A stretch of 64,000 nucleotides of DNA from a virus, in IMG/VR virus record IMGVR_UViG_3300035704_000001, positions 64,001-128,000 of that record; one strand, 5' to 3'. The translations under genes and the position numbers were made by a program. Positions 29,257 through 35,960 of this stretch are shown piece after piece. Position 1 is the first letter of the stretch, and the number at the start of each line of letters is the position of its first letter. Under the pieces are notes generated by a model, which saw nothing but the letters and a program-made list of their open reading frames with translations, was not told the origin of the DNA and did not search any database.

Positions 29257-29329
29257 GGGGCTGAAGCACAACTGGTTGTGCATCGGTGTCGCAAGCCGAC
29301 GGGTGCGGGTTCGAGTCCCGCCAGCTCCA
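29257..29329 (+). tRNA. tRNA-Ala(CGC)
   Basis: Cloverleaf; loop GTCGCAA; G3.U70. Confidence 0.9.
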
Positions 29330-29332
29330 CTA

Positions 29333-29457
29333 GCCGGGAGATGCGGGTTCGAATCCCGTCAGCTATGCAGCCGTCGCCTTCAGCAGTGCACCTGGAGGCG
29401 GCCCGCTCGGCCGAGCGGGCAGGCAGCCAGCTGTAGCTCAACTGGCAGAGCCCCGGC
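29333..29457 (+). ncRNA. circularly permuted tRNA-like RNA (YrlA-like topology)
   Basis: Order is anticodon-stem 3' strand, T arm, closed acceptor stem, D arm, anticodon-stem 5' strand. Confidence 0.7.
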
Positions 29458-29463
29458 GTTAAA

Positions 29464-29538
29464 CGGGAAGTGGCGCAGCTTGGCTAGCGCGCCGCGTTCG
29501 GGACGCGGAGGTCGTGGGTTCGAATCCCGCCTTCCCGA
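29464..29538 (+). tRNA. tRNA-Pro(CGG)
   Basis: Cloverleaf. Confidence 0.95.
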
Positions 29539-29582
29539 CTAGGCCGGCAAGCGGGGCCGAGAGGCCAGCGCACGGCCACCAA

Positions 29583-29658
29583 CGGGCTGTGGCGCAGTTT
29601 GGCTCAGCGCACCTGTCTGGGGGACAGGGGGTCATCGGTTCGAATCCGGTCAGCCCGA
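29583..29658 (+). tRNA. tRNA-Pro(GGG)
   Basis: Cloverleaf. Confidence 0.93.
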
Positions 29659-29776
29659 CTAGGCAGGTCCGACGCAGGCGCCGCCTTTAAGCGGTTCGCG
29701 GCGGAAGCGAGGACGCTCGTCTCGTGTGGTACCGGGGTACCGGGTTCCCCGGACGACATGGGTGGCCTGCCTTTCA

Positions 29777-29848
29777 CGGGATGTGGTGTAAGGGTCAGCG
29801 TGCCTGCTTTGGAAGCAGGAGGATGAGGTTCGAGTCCTTGCATCCCGA
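29777..29848 (+). tRNA. tRNA-Pro(TGG)
   Basis: Cloverleaf; loop TTTGGAA. Confidence 0.9.
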
Positions 29849-29914
29849 CTGAGGGGAGGAACCCCCGGCACGGGTAGCGCGGAGGGGTCCGCGTCCGGCC
29901 GCCTCCCCCGACAT

Positions 29915-29988
29915 GGAGCTGTAGCTCAGTTGGTAAGAGCGCCCGTCTGAAAAGCGGGAGGTCGGTGTGTCGAGTACACCTGGCTCCA
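29915..29988 (+). tRNA. tRNA-Phe(GAA)
   Basis: Cloverleaf; atypical T loop GTCGAGT. Confidence 0.9.
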
Positions 29989-30173
29989 CGATGGACTGAC
30001 GTCTGGCGGCAGCCGAAAGGCCGAGCAACCGGGTGACTGATCTGGAGGCCTCCAGTACCCAGTAAGCCGCGCAGCTGCAGCTGCGCGGTATCAGCCCACC
30101 CCGGGACATCCACTCCGGGGCGCGAGGACGACCGGCGGACCCAGGCGTTACTGGGGGCTTGAGCCGGGACCCT

Positions 30174-30246
30174 GCGGACGAGTCCCAACTGGCCGGGTAC
30201 CAGCCCTCCAAGCTGGTTGTTGCGGGTTCGACTCCCGTCGTCCGCT
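30174..30246 (+). tRNA. tRNA-Gly(TCC), C33
   Basis: Cloverleaf; loop CCTCCAA. Confidence 0.82.
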
Positions 30247-30365
30247 CTTAGGATGTGAAGAGGTACGGGCCCGGATGCTACTCCGGGTTGCGTGCAAGCG
30301 GCTGTCGGGTCGCGGCCGGGCGGGGTGGTGAGGCCGACATCTTGCCACCCCGCGCCGGTTTTCAT

Positions 30366-30437
30366 GCTCCGTTAGCTCAGTGGCAGAGCGGTGGGCTCTT
30401 AACCCGCGCGTCCGGGGTCCGATTCCCTGACGGAGCA
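30366..30437 (+). tRNA. tRNA-Lys(CTT)
   Basis: Cloverleaf; T loop TCCGATT. Confidence 0.9.
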
Positions 30438-30443
30438 CAGCAC

Positions 30444-30516
30444 GGGCGGGTAGGCCAGCGGGAGAGTCAGCCGCCCCAAAAGCGGTAGTGCGCGGGTTCG
30501 AATCCCGCCCCGCCCA
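30444..30516 (+). tRNA. tRNA with CAA (Leu) anticodon, short variable loop, C33
   Basis: Loop CCCAAAA; 5-nt variable region. Confidence 0.78.
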
Positions 30517-30614
30517 CGAACGGATGACACGGCCGTCCTGCGAATCCGTGTCCGGTCCCTCCCTGGGGAGGAACAAGGCCGTTACTCCGGGGAGAGCAAA
30601 GACCCCCGGCGCGA

Positions 30615-30686
30615 TGGGGTATGGGGTAACCGGCAGCCCGGCGGACTCTGAATCCGTCAGTCTTGGTTCGAATCCAGGTACCTCAG
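30615..30686 (+). tRNA. tRNA-Gln(CTG)
   Basis: Cloverleaf. Confidence 0.95.
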
Positions 30687-31157
30687 CTAGCTGGCCGCCG
30701 GCCAGCTGGACACGTCGTTCACGGCGGTGTGGATCGTGTCGCTCAGCGGGGTCGGCCAGGGCACCGTGGGCAGGATGTAGCCGCGGAGCCGGATGGCGCC
30801 GTAGGCCTCGATCAGCCAGCGCAGGTAGGGCAGCGCCTGGAACTGCATCAGCTGGATCATGTCCGGGCTGGTGTACGGGCCGCCGCCGTCACTGACAGGC
30901 GGGCTGGTGGCTTCCAGCTCGCTGTCGGACGATCCGGTCTCCCCGGTCGAGACGGGCGGGAAGCCCTCGAAGTGCTTCCCGCCGGCGTTGTCGGTGTAGG
31001 CGACGACCCAGATCACGGTGTCACCGGAGCCGGCCAGGGAGGCCACCTCGACGGGGCTCTGGGCCATGTTGAACATGGCCGCGAAGTTGATCCCGTCACC
31101 GGTGTCCGAATTCATGAAGGTGTCGATCTCGGCGTCAGTCGGAGGGGCGGTAGCCAT
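30687..31157 (-). CDS. hypothetical protein, antisense within the tRNA array
   Basis: High GC3 on the minus strand; fills the gap between tRNAs. Confidence 0.75.
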   Translation of the reverse strand: MATAPPTDAEIDTFMNSDTGDGINFAAMFNMAQSPVEVASLAGSGDTVIWVVAYTDNAGGKHFEGFPPVSTGETGSSDSELEATSPPVSDGGGPYTSPDMIQLMQFQALPYLRWLIEAYGAIRLRGYILPTVPWPTPLSDTIHTAVNDVSSWPAAS

Positions 31158-31206
31158 GGCCCTACCCTGGCCGGCTTCCGCGCCGCGCGCAATTGCGCGA
31201 GGTCAC

Positions 31207-31279
31207 GCCGGGGTAGCTCAAATGGCAGAGCAGGCGTCTCGTAAACGTCAGGTTGAGGGTTCGATCCCGTCCTCCGGCT
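31207..31279 (+). tRNA. tRNA-Thr(CGT)
   Basis: Cloverleaf. Confidence 0.92.
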
Positions 31280-31287
31280 CGATACAC

Positions 31288-31373
31288 GTCCGCGTGGCGG
31301 AATAGGCATACGCGCAGCCTTGAGGTGGCTGTGCTCCTAGCGGAGCGTGAGAGTTCAAGTCTCTCCGCGGACA
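31288..31373 (+). tRNA. tRNA-Leu(GAG)
   Basis: Class II cloverleaf. Confidence 0.95.
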
Positions 31374-31378
31374 CACGG

Positions 31379-31451
31379 TGGGGGTTAGCTCAATAGGCCG
31401 AGCAGCGGTCCTTGGTACCGCGGGATCGGGGTTCGAGTCCCTGGCCCCCAG
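31379..31451 (+). tRNA. tRNA-Gln(TTG), C33
   Basis: Loop CCTTGGT. Confidence 0.85.
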
Positions 31452-31697
31452 CAGAATCAATCGCGGGCTGCGTGTCAGGAATCGTCAGGCCGGCGACAGA
31501 TAGCTAGTAGGACCTGCCCTTCGGACCGGCGTCCGCGTGTCTTCGGTAAGGACGCGCCGCCCGGATCGGCACCGGGGAAGGGCTCAAGAGGGGGCGGCGC
31601 GTTCCGGCCTTCTGCCTCGTGCGGACGAGACTGGTCTCTCCCCGTGCAGGTTGTCTCTGGTGGTGGTTAGGCCAGCACCGCCGGACAGGGGCGCAAT

Positions 31698-31771
31698 GCG
31701 GACGTGGCTCAGTCGGTTACGGCGCCACGTTGCCAACGTGGAGATCGCGAGTTCGAATCTCGCCGTCCGCA
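31698..31771 (+). tRNA. tRNA-Gly(GCC)
   Basis: Cloverleaf. Confidence 0.93.
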
Positions 31772-31773
31772 CT

Positions 31774-31827
31774 CAGGGATGAAACAGCAGCGGGCTGTAA
31801 AGCCGGTTCGACTCCGGTGATCCCTGT
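31774..31827 (+). ncRNA. anticodon-less tRNA-like RNA
   Basis: Acceptor CAGGGAT/ATCCCTG, D-like hairpin, T arm GCCGG-TTCGACT-CCGGT. Confidence 0.6.
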
Positions 31828-31831
31828 TCGA

Positions 31832-31914
31832 GCGCTCGTGGCGAAACGGCATACGCGCACGGTTCAGGTCCGTGTGCCCGCGAGGGCGTAAGGGTTCAAA
31901 TCCCTTCGAGCGCA
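31832..31914 (+). tRNA. tRNA-Leu(CAG)
   Basis: Class II cloverleaf. Confidence 0.95.
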
Positions 31915-31975
31915 CGACATCCTGGCCGCTTCGACGGCCAGGACGCGGGCCCTGGCTCTGGCCAGGGCCCAGCAC

Positions 31976-32062
31976 GGAGGGCTGGCTCAGCGGCTACAGC
32001 GGCGCCCTGCTAAGGCGCAGGGGCTCCGGCCCTCACGGGTTCGAGTCCCGTGCCCTCCTCCA
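31976..32062 (+). tRNA. tRNA-Ser(GCT)
   Basis: Class II cloverleaf; encoded CCA. Confidence 0.92.
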
Positions 32063-32063
32063 C

Positions 32064-32123
32064 GGGCTGTATGACACCGGCCGTGCCTGCCGGCAAAGGC
32101 GGGTTCGCCTCCCGTACGGTCCA
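32064..32123 (+). ncRNA. truncated tRNA-like RNA
   Basis: Acceptor GGGCTGT/ACGGTCC and T arm GCGGG-TTCGCCT-CCCGT; no proper anticodon arm. Confidence 0.5.
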
Positions 32124-32127
32124 CCCT

Positions 32128-32214
32128 GGAGGGTTCGCCTAGTGGCCTATGGCGCACGCCTGGAAAGCGTGTTGGGTGGCGACACCCTCGCGGGTTCGAC
32201 TCCCGCACCCTCCT
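32128..32214 (+). tRNA. tRNA-Ser(GGA)
   Basis: Class II cloverleaf. Confidence 0.95.
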
Positions 32215-32289
32215 CTGGTCTCGTTCGTGACTCCGTATTAGGGGTGTGTTACCGTCACGATACGGTCCGTCACGGAAAGGGAGTTCATC

Positions 32290-32415
32290 ATGCGTCGCAG
32301 GTTTATCGCCGGGATCATTCTCCTGGGTGCACTGCTCGGAGGAGCAGCCGCTACCGGAGGGGCTGCTTCCGCAGCCGCTCATTCAGCTCCCGGAACGGTC
32401 TATTACCACGGCTGA
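32290..32415 (+). CDS. 41-aa secreted pre-peptide MRRRFIAGIILLGALLGGAAATGGAASAAAHSAPGTVYYHG, not in the ORF track
   Basis: RBS GAAAGGGAG, Sec-type signal peptide, own promoter motif at 32234, downstream hairpin. Confidence 0.75.
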   Translation: MRRRFIAGIILLGALLGGAAATGGAASAAAHSAPGTVYYHG

Positions 32416-32426
32416 GCTGAATTGAC

Positions 32427-32487
32427 CAGGCAGACCCGGGTGTCTTCGAGACGGGGTACCCCGTCAGGCGCACACCGGGTCTGCCTG
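32427..32487 (+). terminator. branched hairpin after the peptide gene
   Basis: CAGGCAGACCCGG/CCGGGTCTGCCTG 13-bp stem enclosing GACGGGG-ta-CCCCGTC. Confidence 0.5.
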
Positions 32488-32494
32488 CTTTCCT

Positions 32495-32580
32495 GGGGGG
32501 TTCGCCTAGTGGCCTATGGCGCCGGTCCCGAAAACCGAAGGGGGAAACCCCCGTGGGTTCGAATCCCACACCCCCCTCCA
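32495..32580 (+). tRNA. tRNA-Ser(CGA), C33
   Basis: Loop CCCGAAA; encoded CCA. Confidence 0.88.
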
Positions 32581-32581
32581 A

Positions 32582-32659
32582 GGGCAGGCAGCATCGACAG
32601 GTTCGAGCGCTCGTCTGATAAACGAGAGGGTGGAGGTTCAAATCCTCCCCTGCCCACCA
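32582..32659 (+). tRNA. tRNA-Ile(GAT)
   Basis: Loop CTGATAA; irregular D arm; encoded CCA. Confidence 0.85.
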
Positions 32660-32660
32660 C

Positions 32661-32735
32661 GGCGGTATAGCTCAGCTGGTCAGAGCGCCCCACTCATAAT
32701 GGGAGAGGCCGCTGGTTCGAGTCCAGCTACCGCCA
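32661..32735 (+). tRNA. tRNA-Met(CAT), elongator-type (Ile2 not excluded)
   Basis: Cloverleaf; G1-C72. Confidence 0.9.
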
Positions 32736-32739
32736 CTCC

Positions 32740-32814
32740 GGGCTGTTAACTCAGTGGCAGAGTCTTCGACTTTTAATCGAGTGGTCCGGGGTTCGATCCC
32801 CCGACAGCCCACCA
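32740..32814 (+). tRNA. tRNA-Lys(TTT)
   Basis: Cloverleaf; encoded CCA. Confidence 0.95.
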
Positions 32815-32815
32815 G

Positions 32816-32889
32816 GCGCCCGTAGCTCAGCCGGACAGAGCTGCTGCCTTCTAAGCAGCGGGCCGCGGGTTCGAATCCTGCCGGGCGCG
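32816..32889 (+). tRNA. tRNA-Arg(TCT)
   Basis: Cloverleaf. Confidence 0.95.
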
Positions 32890-32974
32890 CTAGCTGAGTG
32901 GTAATAATGGATGTGCCGGGCCTGGATGTGTGGGTTCCCTCCGGGGCTTCTCGCTTCCCGGGTCCGGTCTGTAT

Positions 32975-33049
32975 CGTCCCGTGGAGCAGCCAGGAGTGTT
33001 CGCCGCTCTCTCAAAGCGGAGGTCGAGGGTTCAAATCCCTTCGGGACGA
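32975..33049 (+). tRNA. tRNA-Glu(CTC)
   Basis: Cloverleaf. Confidence 0.92.
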
Positions 33050-33113
33050 CATCACGGGCTAGTTCCCGGCCAATGTGCCGGGGAGCCGAGGCCGGCGGTC
33101 CCACCGGCCATCA

Positions 33114-33187
33114 GGCCCCATGGAGCTAAAAGAGCAGGCCACCGCCCTTTCAAGGCGGGGGTGCGGGTTCGAGTCCCGCTGGGGCTG
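33114..33187 (+). tRNA. tRNA-Glu(TTC)
   Basis: Good acceptor, anticodon and T arms; degenerate D arm. Confidence 0.8.
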
Positions 33188-33188
33188 C

Positions 33189-33264
33189 TGCGGAGGGGGT
33201 TCGGTCACCCGACTAGGCCTCATAAGCCTGGGGACGCAGGTTCAAATCCTTGCCTCCGCTACCA
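33189..33264 (+). tRNA. tRNA-Met(CAT), initiator-like
   Basis: 1:72 mismatch (T/T); loop CTCATAA; encoded CCA. Confidence 0.78.
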
Positions 33265-33265
33265 A

Positions 33266-33337
33266 TCCGGTATCCGTTAATCGGTAAACGAGCTGACCGT
33301 TAATCAGCCCCTCTTGGTTCGAGTCCAAGTACCGGAG
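33266..33337 (+). tRNA. tRNA-Asn(GTT), C33
   Basis: Loop CCGTTAA. Confidence 0.88.
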
Positions 33338-33351
33338 CGCAGGTAAATCAG

Positions 33352-33426
33352 GAGCCAGTGGAGCAGCTTGGAGTGCTCGTCTCCCCGTCAAGGAGAAGAC
33401 CGCGGGTTCAAATCCCGTCTGGCCCG
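33352..33426 (+). tRNA. tRNA-Asp(GTC), C33
   Basis: Loop CCGTCAA. Confidence 0.88.
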
Positions 33427-33427
33427 C

Positions 33428-33619
33428 TCAGAACAGCCCGTGGCCGCCGGCCTTGGCCCGGCGCATCCGCTCGCGGCTCTCGTAGCTGCCGAGCTGGTTG
33501 AAGCCCCAGACCCGGCCCATGCGCATCCCGATGGTCAGCGCGATGACGGCAATGATGATCGCGCCGACCGGGCCGAACAGGGCCCAGGCGACGATGAGGA
33601 GGAGAACTCCGAGCAGCAC
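33428..33619 (-). CDS. small membrane protein, antisense in the tRNA array
   Basis: Two hydrophobic segments; start uncertain. Confidence 0.6.
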   Translation of the reverse strand: MLLGVLLLIVAWALFGPVGAIIIAVIALTIGMRMGRVWGFNQLGSYESRERMRRAKAGGHGLF

Positions 33620-33655
33620 GTCATTGACGGTACATAACTGATAGCAGTTTGACCA

Positions 33656-33727
33656 GGGCGGGTGGCGCAGCGGGAGCGCGCTTCCCCGACAAGGAAGAGG
33701 CCGCCAGTTCAATCCTGGCCCCGCCCA
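33656..33727 (+). tRNA. tRNA-Val(GAC), C33
   Basis: Loop CCGACAA. Confidence 0.9.
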
Positions 33728-33773
33728 CGCTTGACACCAGCAGTAGTCAGTAGGTTACTGTTGGCGAGTTCAA

Positions 33774-33846
33774 GCGCTCCTAGCTCAGCGGATAGAGCGG
33801 CCGACTACGGATCGGCAGGTGCGGGGTTCGAGTCCCTGGGAGCGCG
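33774..33846 (+). tRNA. tRNA-Arg(ACG)
   Basis: Cloverleaf. Confidence 0.95.
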
Positions 33847-33910
33847 CGAGACCCCGGTCCTGCAACGGCGCAAGCCGGCCGGCAGATCCGGCGCCGGGGT
33901 CCGTCTTTCA

Positions 33911-33940
33911 GGGCGCATAGCTCAGCAGGAGAGCGGCTGG
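33911..33940 (+). pseudogene. orphan 5' half of a tRNA (Val-like)
   Basis: GGGCGCA-TA-GCTC-AGCAGGA-GAGC with no 3' half; immediately precedes the endonuclease. Confidence 0.7.
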
Positions 33941-33971
33941 TACAGTGCCAACAGGTCTGTATGCTGGGATA

Positions 33972-34382
33972 GTGAACGGTAATACGAATAGCAACAGCGT
34001 CGGTGCTCGAACCGAGGGCATGATCATGGCGGCGTTGCTTCGTGCAGGTAAGACTGTCCTTACCCCGTTCGGGGTCCAGCGCTATGACCTGGTATTCGAG
34101 GATGAATCAGGATTCCACCGGGTTCAGTGCAAGACAGGCCGTCTAAAGGACGGGGCTATAGTGTTCGAGACCTGCAGCCGCCACAGTAGAACACTTCAGC
34201 GAACCTCATACCACGGGCACGCGGACTTCTTCGGCGTGTACTACCCGGGAGGGGATGCTTGTTACTTGATACCGATCGAATTGGTGGGTCAGACGCAGGG
34301 CAGTATCCGGATCGTGCAGACGAAGAACAGCCAGGCCAAAGGCGTCTTGAACGCCGAGCAATTTGTAATAATGTCCAGTTAG
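33972..34382 (+). mobile_element. free-standing PD-(D/E)xK homing endonuclease (group I intron-associated PDDEXK_5 / I-Ssp6803I-like)
   Basis: G...E...L...PFG..RYDLV...RVQCKTG...Y...ADFFGVY...YLIP; lower GC; TATGCT -10 precedes the GTG; stop lies inside tRNA-Val(CAC). Confidence 0.85.
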
Positions 34383-34447
34383 CTCAGCGGGAGAGCGCTG
34401 CCCCCACACGGCAGGCGTCGGGAGTTCGACCCTCTCACTGGACACCA
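34373..34447 (+). tRNA. tRNA-Val(CAC), C33
   Basis: Loop CCCACAC; encoded CCA. Confidence 0.88.
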
Positions 34448-34448
34448 T

Positions 34449-34521
34449 GGTGGTTGTAGCTCAAGGTAGAGCCCGGGGTTGTGAGCCCCGGAGGTGCGGG
34501 TCGTACCCGTCAATCACCCCA
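34449..34521 (+). tRNA. tRNA-His(GTG)
   Basis: G-1:C73; shortened T loop; encoded CCA. Confidence 0.85.
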
Positions 34522-34522
34522 A

Positions 34523-34603
34523 GGCGGAGTAACCCTAGAGGCAAGGGAGCGGCCTGTAAAGCCGTGGTCTTCGATACGGCAGGTTCGATTCCTGCGTCCG
34601 CCA
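34523..34603 (+). tRNA. tRNA-Tyr(GTA)
   Basis: Class II cloverleaf. Confidence 0.88.
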
Positions 34604-34643
34604 CTGCACAGCGATCTACCGGAGTTCTTCCGGGGATCTACCA

Positions 34644-34715
34644 GCGCCCGTAGCTCAGGGGATAGAGCTGCGGCCTCCGGAGCCGTGAGCGGGAGTTCGA
34701 ATCTCTCCGGGCGCG
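34644..34715 (+). tRNA. tRNA-Arg(CCG)
   Basis: Cloverleaf. Confidence 0.95.
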
Positions 34716-34726
34716 CGTACGATAAT

Positions 34727-34801
34727 GGCGGTGTGGCCGAGTGGCCCAGGCGTGCGCCTGCAAAGCGCACTACACGAGTTCGATTCTCGTCTCCGCCTCC
34801 A
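34727..34801 (+). tRNA. tRNA-Cys(GCA)
   Basis: Cloverleaf; U73; encoded CCA. Confidence 0.92.
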
Positions 34802-34835
34802 ACCAAGAAGGGACTCCCCGAAGGGAGTCCCTTGA

Positions 34836-34908
34836 TGGCCCGTGGTCCAGCGGACACGGATAGCTGCCTCCTAAGCGGCGGACGCGGGTTCGAATCCCGC
34901 CGGGCCAG
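34836..34908 (+). tRNA. tRNA-Arg(CCT)
   Basis: Cloverleaf. Confidence 0.9.
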
Positions 34909-34933
34909 CCCAGGTGCTCACGCTGCGGCAGTA

Positions 34934-35485
34934 TCAGTTGCCCGGAACCGTGAAGACCTCATCCGCGGCCGCGCCCGGGTTGACGGTGACGCTGACCGGG
35001 GCCGGGTCGGAGATCGGCGTGGCGCCGTCCGGGCCGAGCAGCGGGGAGCCGTCGGAGGCGGTGGCGTGCACGCTCAGCTGCGCAGTGCCCTCGGCCACCT
35101 CGGTGAGCGGGAACTGCAGGGTGCCCACGCCGTTGGCGTCGGAGGCCGCGGTGGCGTCGCCGACGTTCAGGATGCTGGTGTCGCTGGACGAGGCTACCGC
35201 GGTCGCGCCGTCCGGCGGCGGAACGGCGTCTCCGTGGTCGTCGGTGAATGACAGGACGGCTACCGCGTTGGCGGAGTCGACGGTCAGAGGCATGAGGTCT
35301 CCCTTGATCTTGAGGTGCATGTGCGCCGGTGCCGTGGACCCGGTGAGAGCCGGGACCAGCTGCCTGGCATAATCGGCCAGCCTCTGGGGCGTCAGATCCC
35401 AGTGGCCGGTGTGGACGCGGGCCGCCGCGGCGAGCGCTGCGATCCGCATCTGGTCTCTGCGCTGCCTGTCCAGGCTGTCAGTCAC
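34934..35485 (-). CDS. hypothetical protein with an Ig-like beta-rich C-terminal domain
   Basis: High GC3; TAAGCT -10 just upstream; possible internal start at 35293 (RBS AAGGGAG). Confidence 0.7.
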   Translation of the reverse strand: MTDSLDRQRRDQMRIAALAAAARVHTGHWDLTPQRLADYARQLVPALTGSTAPAHMHLKIKGDLMPLTVDSANAVAVLSFTDDHGDAVPPPDGATAVASSSDTSILNVGDATAASDANGVGTLQFPLTEVAEGTAQLSVHATASDGSPLLGPDGATPISDPAPVSVTVNPGAAADEVFTVPGN

Positions 35486-35694
35486 CCGGGACAGCTTAGC
35501 CAGCTGGCCAGCTGGCCGGCAGCTGATTCGCTCACCTGGCCGCGGTTACTGGACGTACTGGTGGGGTTGCGCTACGCTGACCGTGCCAAGGGGATGCCGA
35601 CGCATCTCTGGGGCGGCCGGTCCCGGGCTCGTTCATCGACAAGTCATCCGCATGAGGGCCGGCCGCCCCGGGCACGGGCTCCGATATCACCGGC

Positions 35695-35952
35695 ATGAAG
35701 CTGAGCGGCCGCTGGGACCAGGAGCTGGCGCAGTTCGGGAACGCCCCCGGGCTCAACCAGGGCGACGTCACCATCGAGCTGGCCATCGCGGTGGAGGGCA
35801 AGAACGCCTACACCGTGGACAGCGACGACGTGACTTTCGGGGCCGAGTCCGGCAACGTCGTCGGGCTGACCCTGCTGCTGGCGGACAAGCGCCACCTGTT
35901 CATCCCCTGGTCCAACGTGACCGGCATCGTGGACGCCATCGAGCATCCGTAG
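35695..35952 (+). CDS. hypothetical protein
   Basis: ATG 13 nt after the class B motif. Confidence 0.75.
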   Translation: MKLSGRWDQELAQFGNAPGLNQGDVTIELAIAVEGKNAYTVDSDDVTFGAESGNVVGLTLLLADKRHLFIPWSNVTGIVDAIEHP

Positions 35953-35960
35953 TACCGGGT

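Noticed and set aside
29257-29329. Possible tmRNA (GGGGCTGAA...CCAGCTCCA ends)
   Set aside because: It closes as a 73-nt cloverleaf with a CGC anticodon and has no mRNA-like domain.
29995-30040. Possible hammerhead ribozyme (CTGACG...GCCGAAAGGCCGAG)
   Set aside because: The core needs CUGANGA and GAAA. The sequence has CTGACGT and CGAG.
33911-34447. Group I intron in a tRNA
   Set aside because: There is no room or conserved P7-type core around the nuclease ORF, and the downstream tRNA is already complete.
28700-34900. Numerous short ORFs across the tRNA array
   Set aside because: They overlap tRNA cloverleafs and lack coding bias.
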